Assembly: GCA_013239625.1 (NCBI GenBank)
Contig: MU053557.1
Coordinates: forward strand, 441,063-505,062
Origin: Lama guanicoe
Lineage: Eukaryota
Direction of reading: 5' to 3'
DNA: 64,000 bases
This document shows positions 1-12,628 of the stretch, piece after piece; within the stretch, counting starts at the first letter, position 1, and the number at the start of each line of letters is the position of its first letter. The translations under genes were made by a program, and so were the position numbers. The notes below the pieces were generated by a model, which saw nothing but the letters and a program-made list of their open reading frames with translations, was not told the origin of the DNA and did not search any database.

Positions 1-238
1 CTCAGGAATTACTGCACCGTCTTAGCATCCATGTAGGATAATCCAACTCTAAAACCCAAAGCCACTTTGGCTCTTTGGAACAATCTCATAATCTCTTAAT
101 TTTATGAAATAACTTTAACTCAGATAAAATTGAGGAAGACAACCCCAAGCGGCCCCTTGAAAAGAATCAAGGGAGGGAAGGAAGCACTATTTCCCAGCAG
201 CAAAAGGAACTCAAAAAAGATATTTTAAAACGTTTTCT

Positions 239-785
239 CATAGCAGCACTATTTCAAATAGCCAAGACATGGAAACAGCCTGAATGTCCATCAACAGGTG
301 ACTGGATAAAGAAGGTGTGGTATATTTATACGATGGAATACTACTCAGCCATAAAAACCGACAACATAACGCCATTTGCAGCAACATGGATGCTCCTAGA
401 GAATGTCATTCTAAGTGAAGTAAGCCAGAAAGAGAAAGAAAAATACCATATGAGATCGCTCATATGTGGAATCTAAAAAGCAAAAACAAAAAAAAGCATA
501 AATACAAAACAGAAATAGACTCATAGACATAGAATACAAACTTGTGGTTGCCAAGGGGGTGAAGGGTGGGAAGGGATAGACGGGATTTTAAAATTGTAGA
601 ATAGATAAACAAGATTACACTGTAAAGCACAGGGAAATATACACAAGATCTTATGGTAGCTCACAGAGAAAAAAATGTGACAACGAATATATATATGTTC
701 ATGTATGACTGAAAAATTGTGCTCTACACTGGAATTTGACACAACATTGTAAAACAATTATAAATCAAAAAAAAGTTAAAAAAAA
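239..785 (+). mobile_element. 5'-truncated LINE-1 (ORF2 end, 3' UTR, A-rich tail)
   Basis: Typical L1 3' sequence (atggaatactactcagccataaaa; gccatttgcagcaacatggatg; ctaagtgaagtaagccag) and an A-rich tail at ~766-785. Candidate degraded TSD aaaacgttttct (227-238) / aaaccattttct (783-794) at a TT/AAAA site. Confidence 0.93.
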
Positions 786-1889
786 CCATTTTCTGTCACT
801 AAAGAAATTATGAAGTGAAACAGATGCCCTGATATTACATTCCACAACTCTGCTGTGTCCCCATCACCATCTTTTAATTTTTTTCCCTAAAATGGTTTCT
901 TTCTAGATTGCTGGTTAAGGAATAAAACACTGGGGACAGCCTTTCCTAGCTGCTGAGAAGTTTTGTGCTTCAGAAGAAGGCTAGCTACGTTCTCCACTGC
1001 ACTGATGTATGGCTTTTCCAAATTATTTAGAAGTCATATATGAGTATGCAGAACACACAAGTGGGATTTCAATGATTGTTCAAAATATTTCTGTATCCAG
1101 CCTCTTTCTTCTGGGCTCTTTACAGCCAGGCCCAGGTGAGACAGCCAGCTTCATGAGTAGAGGTTGTCTGAGAATTATGGTGGCTCTGAGCTCAGAGACC
1201 TCACAGCCATCTGGAACACCTTTCAATGTTACAGTGGTTGTTAACATCCGGGGAGTTACGGATTTCTTCATGAAGCCGTGAAGCACCTCCCAGAAACACG
1301 CACATGTGTATAGGCTCACACACAATCTTGAATCGGCTTCCAAGAGGGCTCGCTGAGGCATCTCCAGACTTCTAAGTCATCAAGTCTGCAGGTGAAGATG
1401 TCCTGCTGTGGCCTTGGGCTAGTACCATCCAAAGGCCTGGCAATCAGGGTCCTGCCAGTTCTGAAGTTTATAAAGACCCACTCTGGCTCTTTCCTGGCTT
1501 TCCACAACGAGACGAGGAGTCCACAAAGCACCAGCCATGCAGCCATCTCTAGGCCACTCTCTGGGGGCCTGGGACCCAGCTTTTACAGCCTGTTTTACAG
1601 GTCTCTTTTCAGAGTTTGCCATCACTGGGGTACACCATGTCCCAGAGTGCATTCCTCTGGGAGGCTGTTCTCTTTGTGATGGGTACAGAGCTTGAATGTT
1701 TAGGATGGGTGTCCACACACAGAAGTTAAATCCCCTCCCAGTACAGAAGAGAAGCAAGAAAAAAAAAAAAGGAAGAGGTGTGGACTTTGGGCCTGGGCCC
1801 TCCATCTGCACTCTTGTCCAACATCCAGGGAAGGGCCAGGCCTGGCCTTTGCACGTGCTCTTTCACCCTCTCTTGGCTAATTCCTACTC

Positions 1890-2165
1890 AACCTCTAAGA
1901 CACAGATTAGATGCTCTTTTCTCAGAGAGACATTCCTGGACCCTCAGTTTTAATTCCCTGGTTAATGGTTCACACCCTCTACTTCCTCTTCACAGCACTT
2001 ACCTAAAGGTTCTTTGAGTGACGTGTTGAAGAGTCTGTCTTCCTTAACAATCGTGTGTGGTTGTTTGCGTAAACTCGAGCTTGCTGACTGTGTATCTCCG
2101 CAGCACCTAGTATGGTGCCTGGCACTTGGTTGAGCCTCGGTAAATACTTGCAGAGTGAATGAATA
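1890..2165 (+). mobile_element. L2 LINE 3' end fragment
   Basis: cagcacctagtatggtgcctggcac...taaatacttgcagagtgaatgaat matches the L2 3' terminus. Confidence 0.75.
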
Positions 2166-2809
2166 TCACCTTTGGGACCTATATTCTCCATATTCTAAGA
2201 CATAATCCTGTTCCAGTCTTTGAATAGCAGGTTCCTTCCTCCTTAACCTTGTAGGACCTTCAAGACAAAATGACGATGTAATGGCCCTATGATGCCAGTG
2301 AACTGGGAGGCCATCTGGCCTAGGGGGCTCCTGATCCTGGCCGTGGACTTGGGGAGATGCAGTAGACTGTTGGAAAGTGCTGTAGAGTAGTGCTCACAGG
2401 GCGCAACAAGCCAGTAAGAGCCTAAGAATACCATGTAGCATCGTGTAGCCTTTTCACTCTTGTCATCAGCCAACACCATGATGTAATAATCGTAGGAATC
2501 TGCCATCTGGGTGCAAATAAAGACAGTCCAAATCTGGCACGAAGTGTGAATAACAAGTGGAAACTTCTTACTTCAGTATCACCCTTAAAATGACAGCCTG
2601 CCCCTGATGAAGTGAGTATTGTGATTTCAACCGATCAGCAATTGGATTACCTCCCAATGACTCAGTGCCCCTTGTTCTGATTGGAAAAATAATTGTCCGT
2701 GAGAACAAGTATCGTCAGTGTAAGTAAATATTGCCTGGATGTTGTGGTACAAATTAACTGGCTGAAGTTAAGCTAGATTTTCTAAAGATAGATACATATC
2801 CTTAATTAC

Positions 2810-3572
2810 ATTTCTTTATTCACATTTTCTTTATCCATTTATCCACTGGCAGACACATAGGTTGTTTCCATATCTTCGCTTTCATGAATAATGCTGCCGT
2901 GAACATGGGGGTGCAGGCATCTTGTCAAGATACTAATCTTATTTCCTATGGGTGTACGCCCAGCAGTGGTATTGCAGCATCATGTGGTAGTTCTCTTTTT
3001 AAGAAACCTTCCTGCTGTTTTCCCTGGTGGCTGTGCCAATTCACACTCCTGCCACAGAGTACAAGGATCCCCTGTTCTCCACATCCTTGCCAACACTTGT
3101 TATTGTCTGTCTTTTTGATAATTCCCACTCTAATGGTGTGAGGTGATACCTCACTGCTGTTTTGATTTGCATTTCCCTGATAATTAGTAATCCCGAGCAT
3201 CGTTTCATATAACTGTTGGCCACTTGTATGTGTCCTTTGGAAAAAGTATCTATTCAGATTCTTTGTGCATTTTAAAAATTGGATTTTTTTTTTTTTTTTG
3301 CTGTGGAGTTAACTTATATGTTAACTTGTATGTTTTGTATATTAACCCATTATCAGATGGTTTGGAAATATTTTCTCCCATTCCATAGGTTACCTTTTCA
3401 TTCTGTTGTTTCTTTTTCTGTACATAAATTTTTAAATTTCATGTAGTCCCATTTGTCTATTTTTGCTGTAATTGTCTGTGCTTTTGGTGTCATATCCAAA
3501 AAAATCACTTGCAAGTCCAATGTCAAGGAGCTTTCCCTGTTTTCTTCCAGGAGTCTTAAGGTTTCAGGTCTC
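2810..3572 (-). mobile_element. Older LINE-1 ORF2 3' fragment
   Basis: Minus-strand ORFs carry L1 ORF2 C-terminal motifs (MKRCS..LIIREMQIKT..RYHLTP; NKCWQGCGE; ELPHDAAIPLLGVHP). Confidence 0.92.
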
Positions 3573-3579
3573 ACACAGT

Positions 3580-4027
3580 ATCAGTTAGGGGAGCCGGCTC
3601 TGAGGGACTCACTTCCAAGATGGGTCTTTACTCAACAGTGGAGTCACCGTACTCCCTGGTGTATCTGCCTCTCTTCACAAGTCTCGTGTTTTCCTCTTGT
3701 CCTGAGCTTCTCCAAGTGGCTTTGGCCTCTTACAGCACAGTAGTTTAAGAATAAGTAGATTTCTTACATAATGTCAACTTCTAGAGTGATTGTTCCAAGA
3801 GCAAGAGCTGTAGGAGAGCTGGGAGGAAGCTGTAAGGCTCCACCGACCCTCTCCTTGTTAGTTCCAGTATGTCACTTTTACTGCATTTTGTTTGTTGAAT
3901 AAATCAGTAAGACTAGCTAGGTCTGAAGGGCTTGGGGAGGAAGAGATGTCACCTTTAGATGGTGGAGTGGCATGTGGTATAGGAATGAAGGGGTGGAGGG
4001 TGGCCCTCTTGGAGGCAAGTTACCACA
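3580..4027 (-). mobile_element. MaLR MLT1-type LTR fragment
   Basis: acttccaagatgg, ggaagctgtaaggc, tgtcacttttactgcattttg and the terminal ...taccaca resemble old MLT1 LTRs. Confidence 0.65.
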
Positions 4028-4159
4028 GACTGTCTTCTAAGACCATTCCCATCCTATCAGCTCACACCCAAATAAATATTACGAATCTTTCACATCCTTT
4101 TGAGAGGACAACTTAGAATAAAGGCCTCTTAGTGGGAATCACAGAAGGTAAATAATGTT

Positions 4160-4385
4160 TAATAATCACTTGCTATATGCAAAGCTTATAGACCCTGAGC
4201 AAATTGTTCTACATGTGCTATTTCACTTAATTCTTATAACAATTTCTGAGATAGATCTGATTATTCACAATATTACAGATGAAGATAATGATGCTCAGTG
4301 AAGTTAAACAACTTACTCAATGGCACACAGTAAGTGGAGTCTGAGATTTGAACTCAGGCCTTCTGAACCCCAAAGTTTGTACCCT
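4160..4385 (-). mobile_element. MIR SINE
   Basis: Reverse MIR core: ttacagatgaag...gctcagtgaagttaaacaacttactcaa...gatttgaactcagg. Confidence 0.85.
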
Positions 4386-5094
4386 TAGTACAAAAATCAG
4401 GCAAGAGTTTGTGCAGAAGGTGAGATCATGGTTGGCGTTAGAAAAGCTGGCAGACAAATTTGAGTAAGTGAGCAGGGTGGAGACAAAAAGGCAACAATAT
4501 GGGTACAGGTAGAGAAGTGAGGACTGGCCTGTTGGATCATCAAGGAGTGTGAGGACTAGAATTGGACAGATCTGCAGGGAATGAGTTCTAGTGGCCACGA
4601 AACCCAGAGAGGAGCTCGATCCATTGAGACTGGAGTCAGGCAGCCCGCTCAGTCCCGAGGAAGCCCTTACACCCAACTCAAGACCTCAGTTGACAGCTTT
4701 GTTCTTCTTTTGCTAACAAAGTTTCAGAGTGTGCTTCCACTATGTCAAATCCCAGCTAAAACTCACATTAAGAGTGGAGGAAAAGTTCACAGAAATCAAT
4801 GAGTAGGGTCAAACAGTGGCGCCATTTCCACTCCAGAGAAGGATTCCCTTGTGTGTGTGAAAAACTCTGCTCCTCCTTTTTCTCCGAATTGACAGCAACT
4901 GGGGGAGGAAAGGGAGTTGTTAACTGGGGAGGCAATTTCTAAATCAATACTTCAACCTGGACCCAACTATAAGAACTTGTAAGGCAGTATCTTAGGTAAA
5001 CATTTGGTCAACTGAGCTTTTGTAAAGGTCAAGATGAAGTAGTCTTGATACATGACTTTGCAATAGAAAATTTCACTCCTTTATAAAGTACAGG

Positions 5095-5302
5095 AATGAA
5101 GAACATTGGCTTCAGATCCAGACTGCACTGGATTTGTAGCCAGCTCCACTGCTTCCTAACTTTGGATGAATCACGTTCGTCTTGGAGCCTTACCTGACAT
5201 ATAAAAGCTGGAAGCAGCACAACACCTAGAGGAGGCAGTGGAGACTTAATAAGATGATGCACAGGGTCTGGCTTATAGAAGATGCTCAATGCATGTTAGT
5301 TA
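5095..5302 (+). mobile_element. MIR SINE
   Basis: gaagaacattggcttcagatccagactgcactggatttg...gatgctcaatgcatgttagtta. Confidence 0.7.
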
Positions 5303-5634
5303 CCCATGTTGGGTCTTAGGGTCACAGATACTGGCCTGACCTCAGAGACCAGTGCTTGCTCCACTGCTCATGGCCAGGAATGAGAGTGTTGCAGCAAATG
5401 CTATGACTGTAATCATGGACTCAGAGCTGCCTGAAAACCTAGTCTCCTCATTGACCAGGACTGGGATGCAGGAGGATGTTAAGTCAAACTCTTCCACTGT
5501 ACTGAATTAACACAGTAATTAAGGTAAAATACCTTCCTCATGGGGCTACTTTGAAAGCTAAATTATGTAAAACAGCCGACAATGCTAGGTTAAAGTCATA
5601 TAGTCACATAGCAAACAGTCTCTCTATATTGTCT

Positions 5635-5670
5635 ATGATGACGATGACGATGATGATGATGATGATGATG
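5635..5670. repeat. (GAT/GAC)n microsatellite
   Basis: atgatgacgatgacgatgatgatgatgatgatgatg seen directly. Confidence 0.95.
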
Positions 5671-7049
5671 CATTCAGATATTCATTGAACAGCTTCTGTA
5701 TGGCCAGCACTAACCTTGGAAGCTTCTTCAGGACAGATGCACCCCCGCATAGAAGACTGGCTCCTGGCAGACATGCAAGACTTGCTAACTGCCACGTCAG
5801 CACTTGAATGAAACTATTGACAAGGCGCATGCTGTCTGCAATGTGGTCAGAGCAAACCCAGGCAGTGTGGTGTTCCCGAACGCCTGTCAACCTCTAAGCA
5901 TCCAGAGGCCAAACCAGGGAGAGTGCTTATTATTCAGCCTGTCCAAAACATGGCATGGCCAGGAGGAGGGTCTCATTGAGGCTGAGGGAAAAAGCAAAAA
6001 GGTGAAGCCAGGTAAATAGCGCCAGGTGCCACGTAAAAGAGAGAAGTGAGAAGTGAGGACCTATAGGAAACAAAGCACAAGCTGGGTCAGGTCAGGGTGA
6101 ATGAAGACCGGGGTCAACGTGAATATCCGAGGATGACTTTAGGTGATAATGGCAGCATTGTGCAAGAGTGGGTCTTTTGCCTCAAAGTGATGGGGTTGGA
6201 CCAGACTCAAAATGATATTTACACTTTTCCATAAATTTCGGGCCTCCCATTTTTGGAATGAAGCTCAAGTTCAAATCATGGAGATTGTAAAAACAGAAGT
6301 TGAAAAAGTAATTGATCGCCAAGCCATTTTTAATTTCAGCTGCCTCTGTAAAACAACCAGAGTCTAAACTTGTTGACCTTGAAAGCATATAAGTGATTAG
6401 ACATGATTTATGCTAAGAAGCAAATCATAGGGCACTGGAGGATTTAATTAAGATGCCAGGCACAGGGGTGTGTTTTCATTGGCATGCCTCAAGCGCTTGA
6501 TTTGCTGATAGAGACTGTAAATGGGCTAATAAAGTAGGTATCTTGGATGAAACTGAGGCTGTGTAAGAGCAACACAACTGGTCTGCTTCCCTCCGTCTGG
6601 CTCTGTTGGTTCTCCATATTAAACACTAAATGGAAAAGGTGAAAATGGCTGACTTTGAAATGATCTTGAATTAAATGCTTTTTGTGAGCAAAGAAAGGAG
6701 TCTTACTTCAAAGGCATTACTAATATAATGAAAATGAAGGCTTCACCTTGAGGTGACTGGGGAAAACCAATGCTACATTGTTAGTTACCCAAGAACTGAT
6801 AGGATTAAGTAAGAAGATAAATAACTGTTCAAGCCAATCACTGTAGAGAAAAGAATAAATTCAAACTGGGTGCATGACACTGAACAAGCAAACCTACCAT
6901 TTTGTTGCCAAAGCTTTTGGCTTGCAAATGGATTAAGGTCAGTCCCTTCATATTTCAGAAGATGTGCCAGGACCTAACATGTTCCTCCCTCACATCCTCC
7001 CCAAAAGCCCCTCTTGGCTTCCTTCACCATCTTATTTAGTGCCGATTTC

Positions 7050-9025
7050 ATCATCCTTCATTATAATAACTCCCTTACAAAACCACTTAGCTCCACTGTC
7101 CATCACTTCCTTCCCCATCTTCTGCTAGAAAAACAGCCCAGATGACCATCATCTGCCTTCTTCAGCTGAGCAGATGAACGTTCCCAGATAACTTTACAGA
7201 CAGGGCTATTTTCACTTTAATTCATATTATACCACCATGAGGTACTCAATGCATTCCAGTAATCCCACTGTTTTTTGAGTAGGTTGGATTTCCCATTTTC
7301 TTAGAAAATTTCATGCCTTCTCCCATTCTTTCCTCCACTAATAGTAAGACCCTCTCCTGCTGCACTGAGAAGTTAGAGGTCATCGGGGGAAACTTCCTTG
7401 TCTTTCAACGACCAAAGGACCAAACCAACCTATACTTACAATCTGGAACTCTCTCCTACATCCCTCGCACCACAGTGAGTGTCAAGACCCTCTTCCTCTC
7501 AAAGACAACCCCTCCTCTGTGCTCCACATTTCATCCCCTTCCATCAGTCTCTCTCCTTTGTACTGGGTCATTTCCCTCAGCAAACAAACACGCTCCCTCT
7601 CCCTTTATAAAATCAACAAATAACAAAGCCAAAAATTTCCCTTAACCCCACATATTCTGGACGCAGCCCCATTTCTCTGTTCCCTGTAGTATTAAACTTC
7701 TCTGAACAGTTGCTTGCATATGCTGACCCCGCTGTTTACCCTCCAACTCACTCTCATATATTAACAAGTGGGTTTCTTCCCATTTACTCTACTGAAACTG
7801 CTCTTGTCAAGGTCTCCAGTACCTTCCTTGGCCAAAGCAATGCCCTTATCTTAGTGGCTCTCCAGGCAGCATTCAGTAGAACAGTCTCTCCTTCTGGACA
7901 CTCCATCTCCTCTTCTCTTTCATGATACTGTCATCTCCTGGCTTAACTTCTACTTCATAAGCTAATCCTTCTTCGCATTACTTCTGGTCCTTGCATATCT
8001 AATAAATCTGTATACCTTGTGCTCCTTCTGGGCTCAGTCCTGACTTCCTTTTCTATCCCTCTAGAGTGGGGAGAACGTATGTAAATTCCCATGGATCTAG
8101 ATAGCATGGCTTCTCCAATGATCCCCAATTTTGTATCTCCCATCCAAACCTTTTCTTCTAGGCTCTGCTCATATATTCAGTTTGATGTTATTATTCTTCT
8201 CCACTTGTAGGTCTCCCAGGCATCTCACACTTTATATGAGCAAAAACGCTTGATTTTCCATCCCCAAACTGCTTCCACCCTCACTCTGTCATCCTCGTAT
8301 CAGTAAACTGTAACCATTGTCCACATCATCATTCAAGCAAGAATCCTAATGATCATCTTTCATTTTTGTTTTCTGTCCGCTTCCCATATCAACCCCAGCA
8401 TCAAGTCTTGGCAGTTTCTTCTCTAAGAATCCTCCCATCTTGTCTACCACTGCCATCTCCATCGCTATCTGCTATCTCTCACTTGGATGACTTGGTCCAT
8501 TTGTGATCCTCTTCCAGCCATTCTCCATGTAGCATCAAAACAAAAAAAAAATCTATTTTAAAAATGAAATCAGCTTCCAGTGGCTTCCAATTACACATAA
8601 AATGAATTACCCGGCCCCGAACAGTCTACTCCCTGCTTGCTCCTTCAGTCTCCTCTGACAAAATTCTCCTCCTCCCTCACCTAGCTCGCTATAACTACGC
8701 TGGTGTACTCCAGACACGCTCAGCTCTTTCCAACCATGTGATTTTTGTCCATGCTGTTCCCTGAACTTCTGCATCGCGTGGCCACTTCCCTTCTTCAAGG
8801 TCTCAGTATAAATGCTATCTCCCCAAAGAAGGCTTTCAAGGCCACTCTCCCTAAAGCAGATTTTGCTCTTTCTCTGTTCAGCCCTTTGTTTCTTTCCTTG
8901 ATGAGAATAAGAAAGGGAGAGAAAGCCCTCTGAACGTACTTGTCCCATTCAACATTGTGTAGCCAGCATCCAGCACAAAGTCAAGAACAGAGTAACGGCT
9001 TAATAGTATATTTTTGAAATTAGTG
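7050..9025 (+). mobile_element. Long degenerate L2 LINE (RT remnant to 3' end)
   Basis: ORF 7710-7925 contains SGFLPIYSTETALVKVSS, resembling the L2 RT motif QSGFRPxHSTETALxKVTND. Pyrimidine-rich L2 body; L2 3' end near 8940-9025. The 5' boundary is approximate. Confidence 0.85.
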
Positions 9026-9051
9026 AGGAAGCCTTTCAGGAACCTAACCCC

Positions 9052-10031
9052 TGTCGTATCACCTACAGGAATGGAAATTTCTCCTTGTATCTCCTCATAT
9101 TTAGCACACTACGATCTCTAGGTAACTAGGACTATTTTCCTAAACTTTATTTTAGAAAAATGTTAAGTTGCCGAATTATCTCACTCAGTATTGGCTGGCA
9201 ATGATACTGAGAAATATGCTCATTCATTTATAGGTAGTTATGTGGGTATATTGTAGTCCTACAATTCCATTTCATTCTGACACTAACTACTCAGGCACCA
9301 ACTGCACAGGTTAAGGGCTCAGTCCACAAGATTGCTTTAGACACTGGCCACAAACAGGGCTCCTGTGCTACCTGTATTCTGCCTGGCTGACTACAAATTC
9401 AGGGGTTCCCACAGCCTTCCCAAGGTTTGATAATTCACTAGAATGACTCATAGAACTCAGGAAAACATCTTACTTACATTTACCATTTTACTATAAAGGA
9501 TACAACTCAGAAATAGCCAAATGGAAGAGATCTATAGGGCAAGTGTGGGGCAGAAGGATGAAGTTCAGGATCATCTGGACAGAAGAGATGAGGGTGGGGT
9601 GCAGAGCTTCCACGCCCTCACAAGGCAGGTCACTCTTTTAGCACGGTGATGTTTTCACCAACCCAGAAGCACGCTGAACCTCACCATTCAAGTTTCATTA
9701 TGTAGGCATGGCTTATTAAATCATTAGCCATTGGTGATTGAATTCAATCTCCAGTTTCCTCTTCTCTTTCCTGGAGGTCAAGGTGTAGGGCTGAACAGTC
9801 CATTTAACTACATGCTTGGTCTTTCTAGTGAACGGTTCCCATCTTGCAGCTACCTAAGGGTCCTGCCTTTGGTCACCCCACTAGCATAAATTCAGGTGTG
9901 GTAAGAAAAGGGATTATTATAAATGAATTAAAAAAAAAACTCCTGCCATTCAGGGAATTTCAAGAGTTTTAGGAACTCTGTTCTATCAACCAGGGACAAA
10001 GACCAAATATGTATACTTTTATTATACCACA
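9052..10031 (-). mobile_element. MER21-like solo LTR (ERVL)
   Basis: ttctgacactaactac, agggctcagtccacaaga, cactagaatgactcatagaactcagg and the terminus gaccaaatat...attataccaca match the reverse complement of MER21. The left boundary is uncertain (9052-9250). Confidence 0.85.
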
Positions 10032-12134
10032 GTAGCAAAACACTTTTGGAAAATAGAATGTATTGCTGAAGATTGACAGAAATAGCTTCTATAACAGATG
10101 ATATATGTTAGGAGTTTTGTCCTACAGCCAAGATGAACATATAGATTTTTCTAGGTGTCTTAATGTATGCTATTTGCTAGATTAGGTTTTGATAGTAAAC
10201 AGCATGAAGAAGTGCCTTTTTGGATGTGTCACTAAATTAAAGATAACCAAAGAGGATATATTTTTGAGAGTAAATAAATTCTATAATTAAAACAAACTCT
10301 ATGAAGGAAGTATTTACATATATTTACTGATAGAGGGACTCCTCTGATTAACAATTTTTAAAAAATGTCTAGGCTAATGTACATATAAAATTCTCAAGTT
10401 GAAATTCACTCATCCCATCATTCACAAGCAAGCTAATACAGTCAAAAAGTCAAATCCACAAAAGCTCAAAGGGCTACACTGATGTGATGCATTTCAAAAA
10501 TTAAATTTAAAACCTTAAAAAATCAAGACTTTTAAATTACAGTAGAGGCTATACCCACTTTTGTAAAAGTGGGATTTTAGAAAAGAAAGTCTTGTTTTGG
10601 GTAGAGTATTCGGAAAATTGGTATTTGGAAATATTTCCTTTGTTTCCTGATTTTGTAGCTAAACATGATCCATGTGTCACTTATAAAAACCCTCATATCT
10701 GCATACTGGGAAAAATTAGTGGAGTGTCTTTGTTTTCTGTTGCTGAATAATAAATTACCAGAAATTTAGCAGCTTAAAACAACACACACACACACACACA
10801 CACACACATTATCTCATAGTTTCCCTGGGTCAGGAGTGTGGACACTGTTTGGCATTTACTGCCTAGGGTTCCACAAGCTGCAGTTAAGGTCTCAGCCGGA
10901 CTGTATTTTCATCTGGAGGCTCATCTGGTGGTGGTGGGGGGATCTGCTTTCAAGTTCATTCAGGTTATTTGCAGAATTCATATCCTGACCTGAGCTTTTA
11001 GCTGGCTACTCGCTGAGACTGTCTGTAGGTCCTAGATGCTACCCACAGGTCATAAAGGCCACCACAGTTCCTTGCTATGTGACTTCCTCCAATATGTCCC
11101 CTTATTTTCTCCAGATCTCATGGAGAGTTTCTCAGTCAGCTAAGCCAGAGTCTTACATAATCAAATGTAATGAGAGTGACATCCACCCATTGTTGTCATA
11201 TTCTATTAGTCAGAAGCCAGTCACACGCCAGCCCGTACTCAAAGGAGGGGGATTCCACCCAGGCACGGACTTCAGGAGCGGGAAACCATGAGGGGTCACC
11301 TGAGGACTATCGGACACACAGTATTTTCCAGTCACTTTGCAAAGTTTCATAATACACAGTTTCAGTGGACTTTGACCCCATTTATTAAAAATTCAAGAAT
11401 GCAACTAAAAGAACCATTAACTGACATCAGAGAAGTGAAAACCTACATGCTGAATTATTGCAAAGACTTTTGCATAATTGGTGCATAGGATAAAAAATTA
11501 ATATCATGATTTCAAGCATGACCAATAATGCACTTCTCTAATTTAGATCTGTTTATCTTTGAGAGATACCATTTTTTTCAGCTTTGACAGACATTAAAGC
11601 CAAGAATCGAAACGAACTGATCATAGTGACAGATCTTTGAGTTGCTGAATTAAGTGTTACAAATGTTAAATCAAGATTTTCATATATAATAAAGCTTATT
11701 TTATCACATTGTATTTACTGATAATGATAGTTATGATATTTATGACAGTAGTTATTTAATGATAGTTATGATACTAAGACAAAAATTTTGGAACTACTAA
11801 TAAGTGAAAGATTTTAAGATGTGTCTATTAGGGGAAAAAACGAACATGCATCCATATATATTTGTACATACACACACACACACATACATTATTTATTTCT
11901 CTAGAAAGTGCACATGAGTTATGTTACAAATATTATATACACTCTAAAATATACAAAAATACAAATCAAATGAGACACAAATGAAAAACAATACTAAGAT
12001 GTGCTTTCTAAACATATAGAAAATGTATACAATTTCCAAAGAAATGCACATAATACACATGCATATGTCGAGATGCATATTCACTTTTTTTTTCCTAATA
12101 AGCATGTACCATAAAACAAATTTGGAACTCACTG
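10032..12134 (+). mobile_element. hAT-Charlie DNA transposon relic (Charlie7-like), interrupted by an MLT1 LTR
   Basis: Degenerate transposase-like sequence on both sides of the LTR. 11540-11680 resembles the hAT dimerisation motif YLCExxFSxxxxIKxKxRN. A TIR-like end tttggaactcactg lies at 12121-12134. Confidence 0.75.
10725..11320 (-). mobile_element. MLT1 (E/F-like) MaLR LTR with internal (CA)n
   Basis: aataaattaccagaaatttagcagcttaaaacaacac, ttatctcatagttt...gggtcagga, cagttccttgctatgtg; TG...CA termini; (CA)n at ~10783-10808. Confidence 0.85.
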
Positions 12135-12142
12135 CTCTTATT

Positions 12143-12388
12143 CTGTGCTTCCAACATAGTAGTCACTGGCCACACGTGGCTATTGAGCACTTAAAATGAG
12201 GCCAGTCCAAGATTTCTAAGATTTGGACAAAAAAATATATATATAGAATATCTTATTTGAATTTTTCATCTTCCATATTTAAATGGCAGTATTTTTGATA
12301 TGTTGGATTGCATAAAATATTTGTCACCTGTTTATCTTTTAATATTAAAATTACATATGCAGTTCACATTATCTACTGGATAGCCCTG
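12143..12388. mobile_element. MER33/MER3-like hAT MITE
   Basis: ctgtgcttccaacatagtagtcactggccacacgtggctattgagcactt...ttaaaattacatatg...ggatagccctg. Confidence 0.85.
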
Positions 12389-12628
12389 CCCTAGGGGACT
12401 AACAGACCGTTAGAAAAAAACAGAAGGCTGGTTAGTTGTACTTTGTGAACTAAGCAAAACTGGGACTAACCTACATGACTGACAGGGTAAGTCCTAGCCT
12501 CACCTGAAATGATTTGCTATGCTTCATGCTCTTGTAGCTGGTTTCCTCCCTCACTCATCAGTGATGGCAGTGTGAAATTTTCATATCGTTAATTAATGGT
12601 TGAAAGAGATTCTAAACAAATGAGCTGA

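Noticed and set aside
1009..1811. Cluster of overlapping ORFs as a possible exon or pseudogene
   Set aside because: No family recognised in any frame, and no TSD or consistent splice signals.
11720..11775. Short direct repeat taatgatagttatgata x2
   Set aside because: Local slippage inside the AT-rich end of the Charlie relic; not an array.
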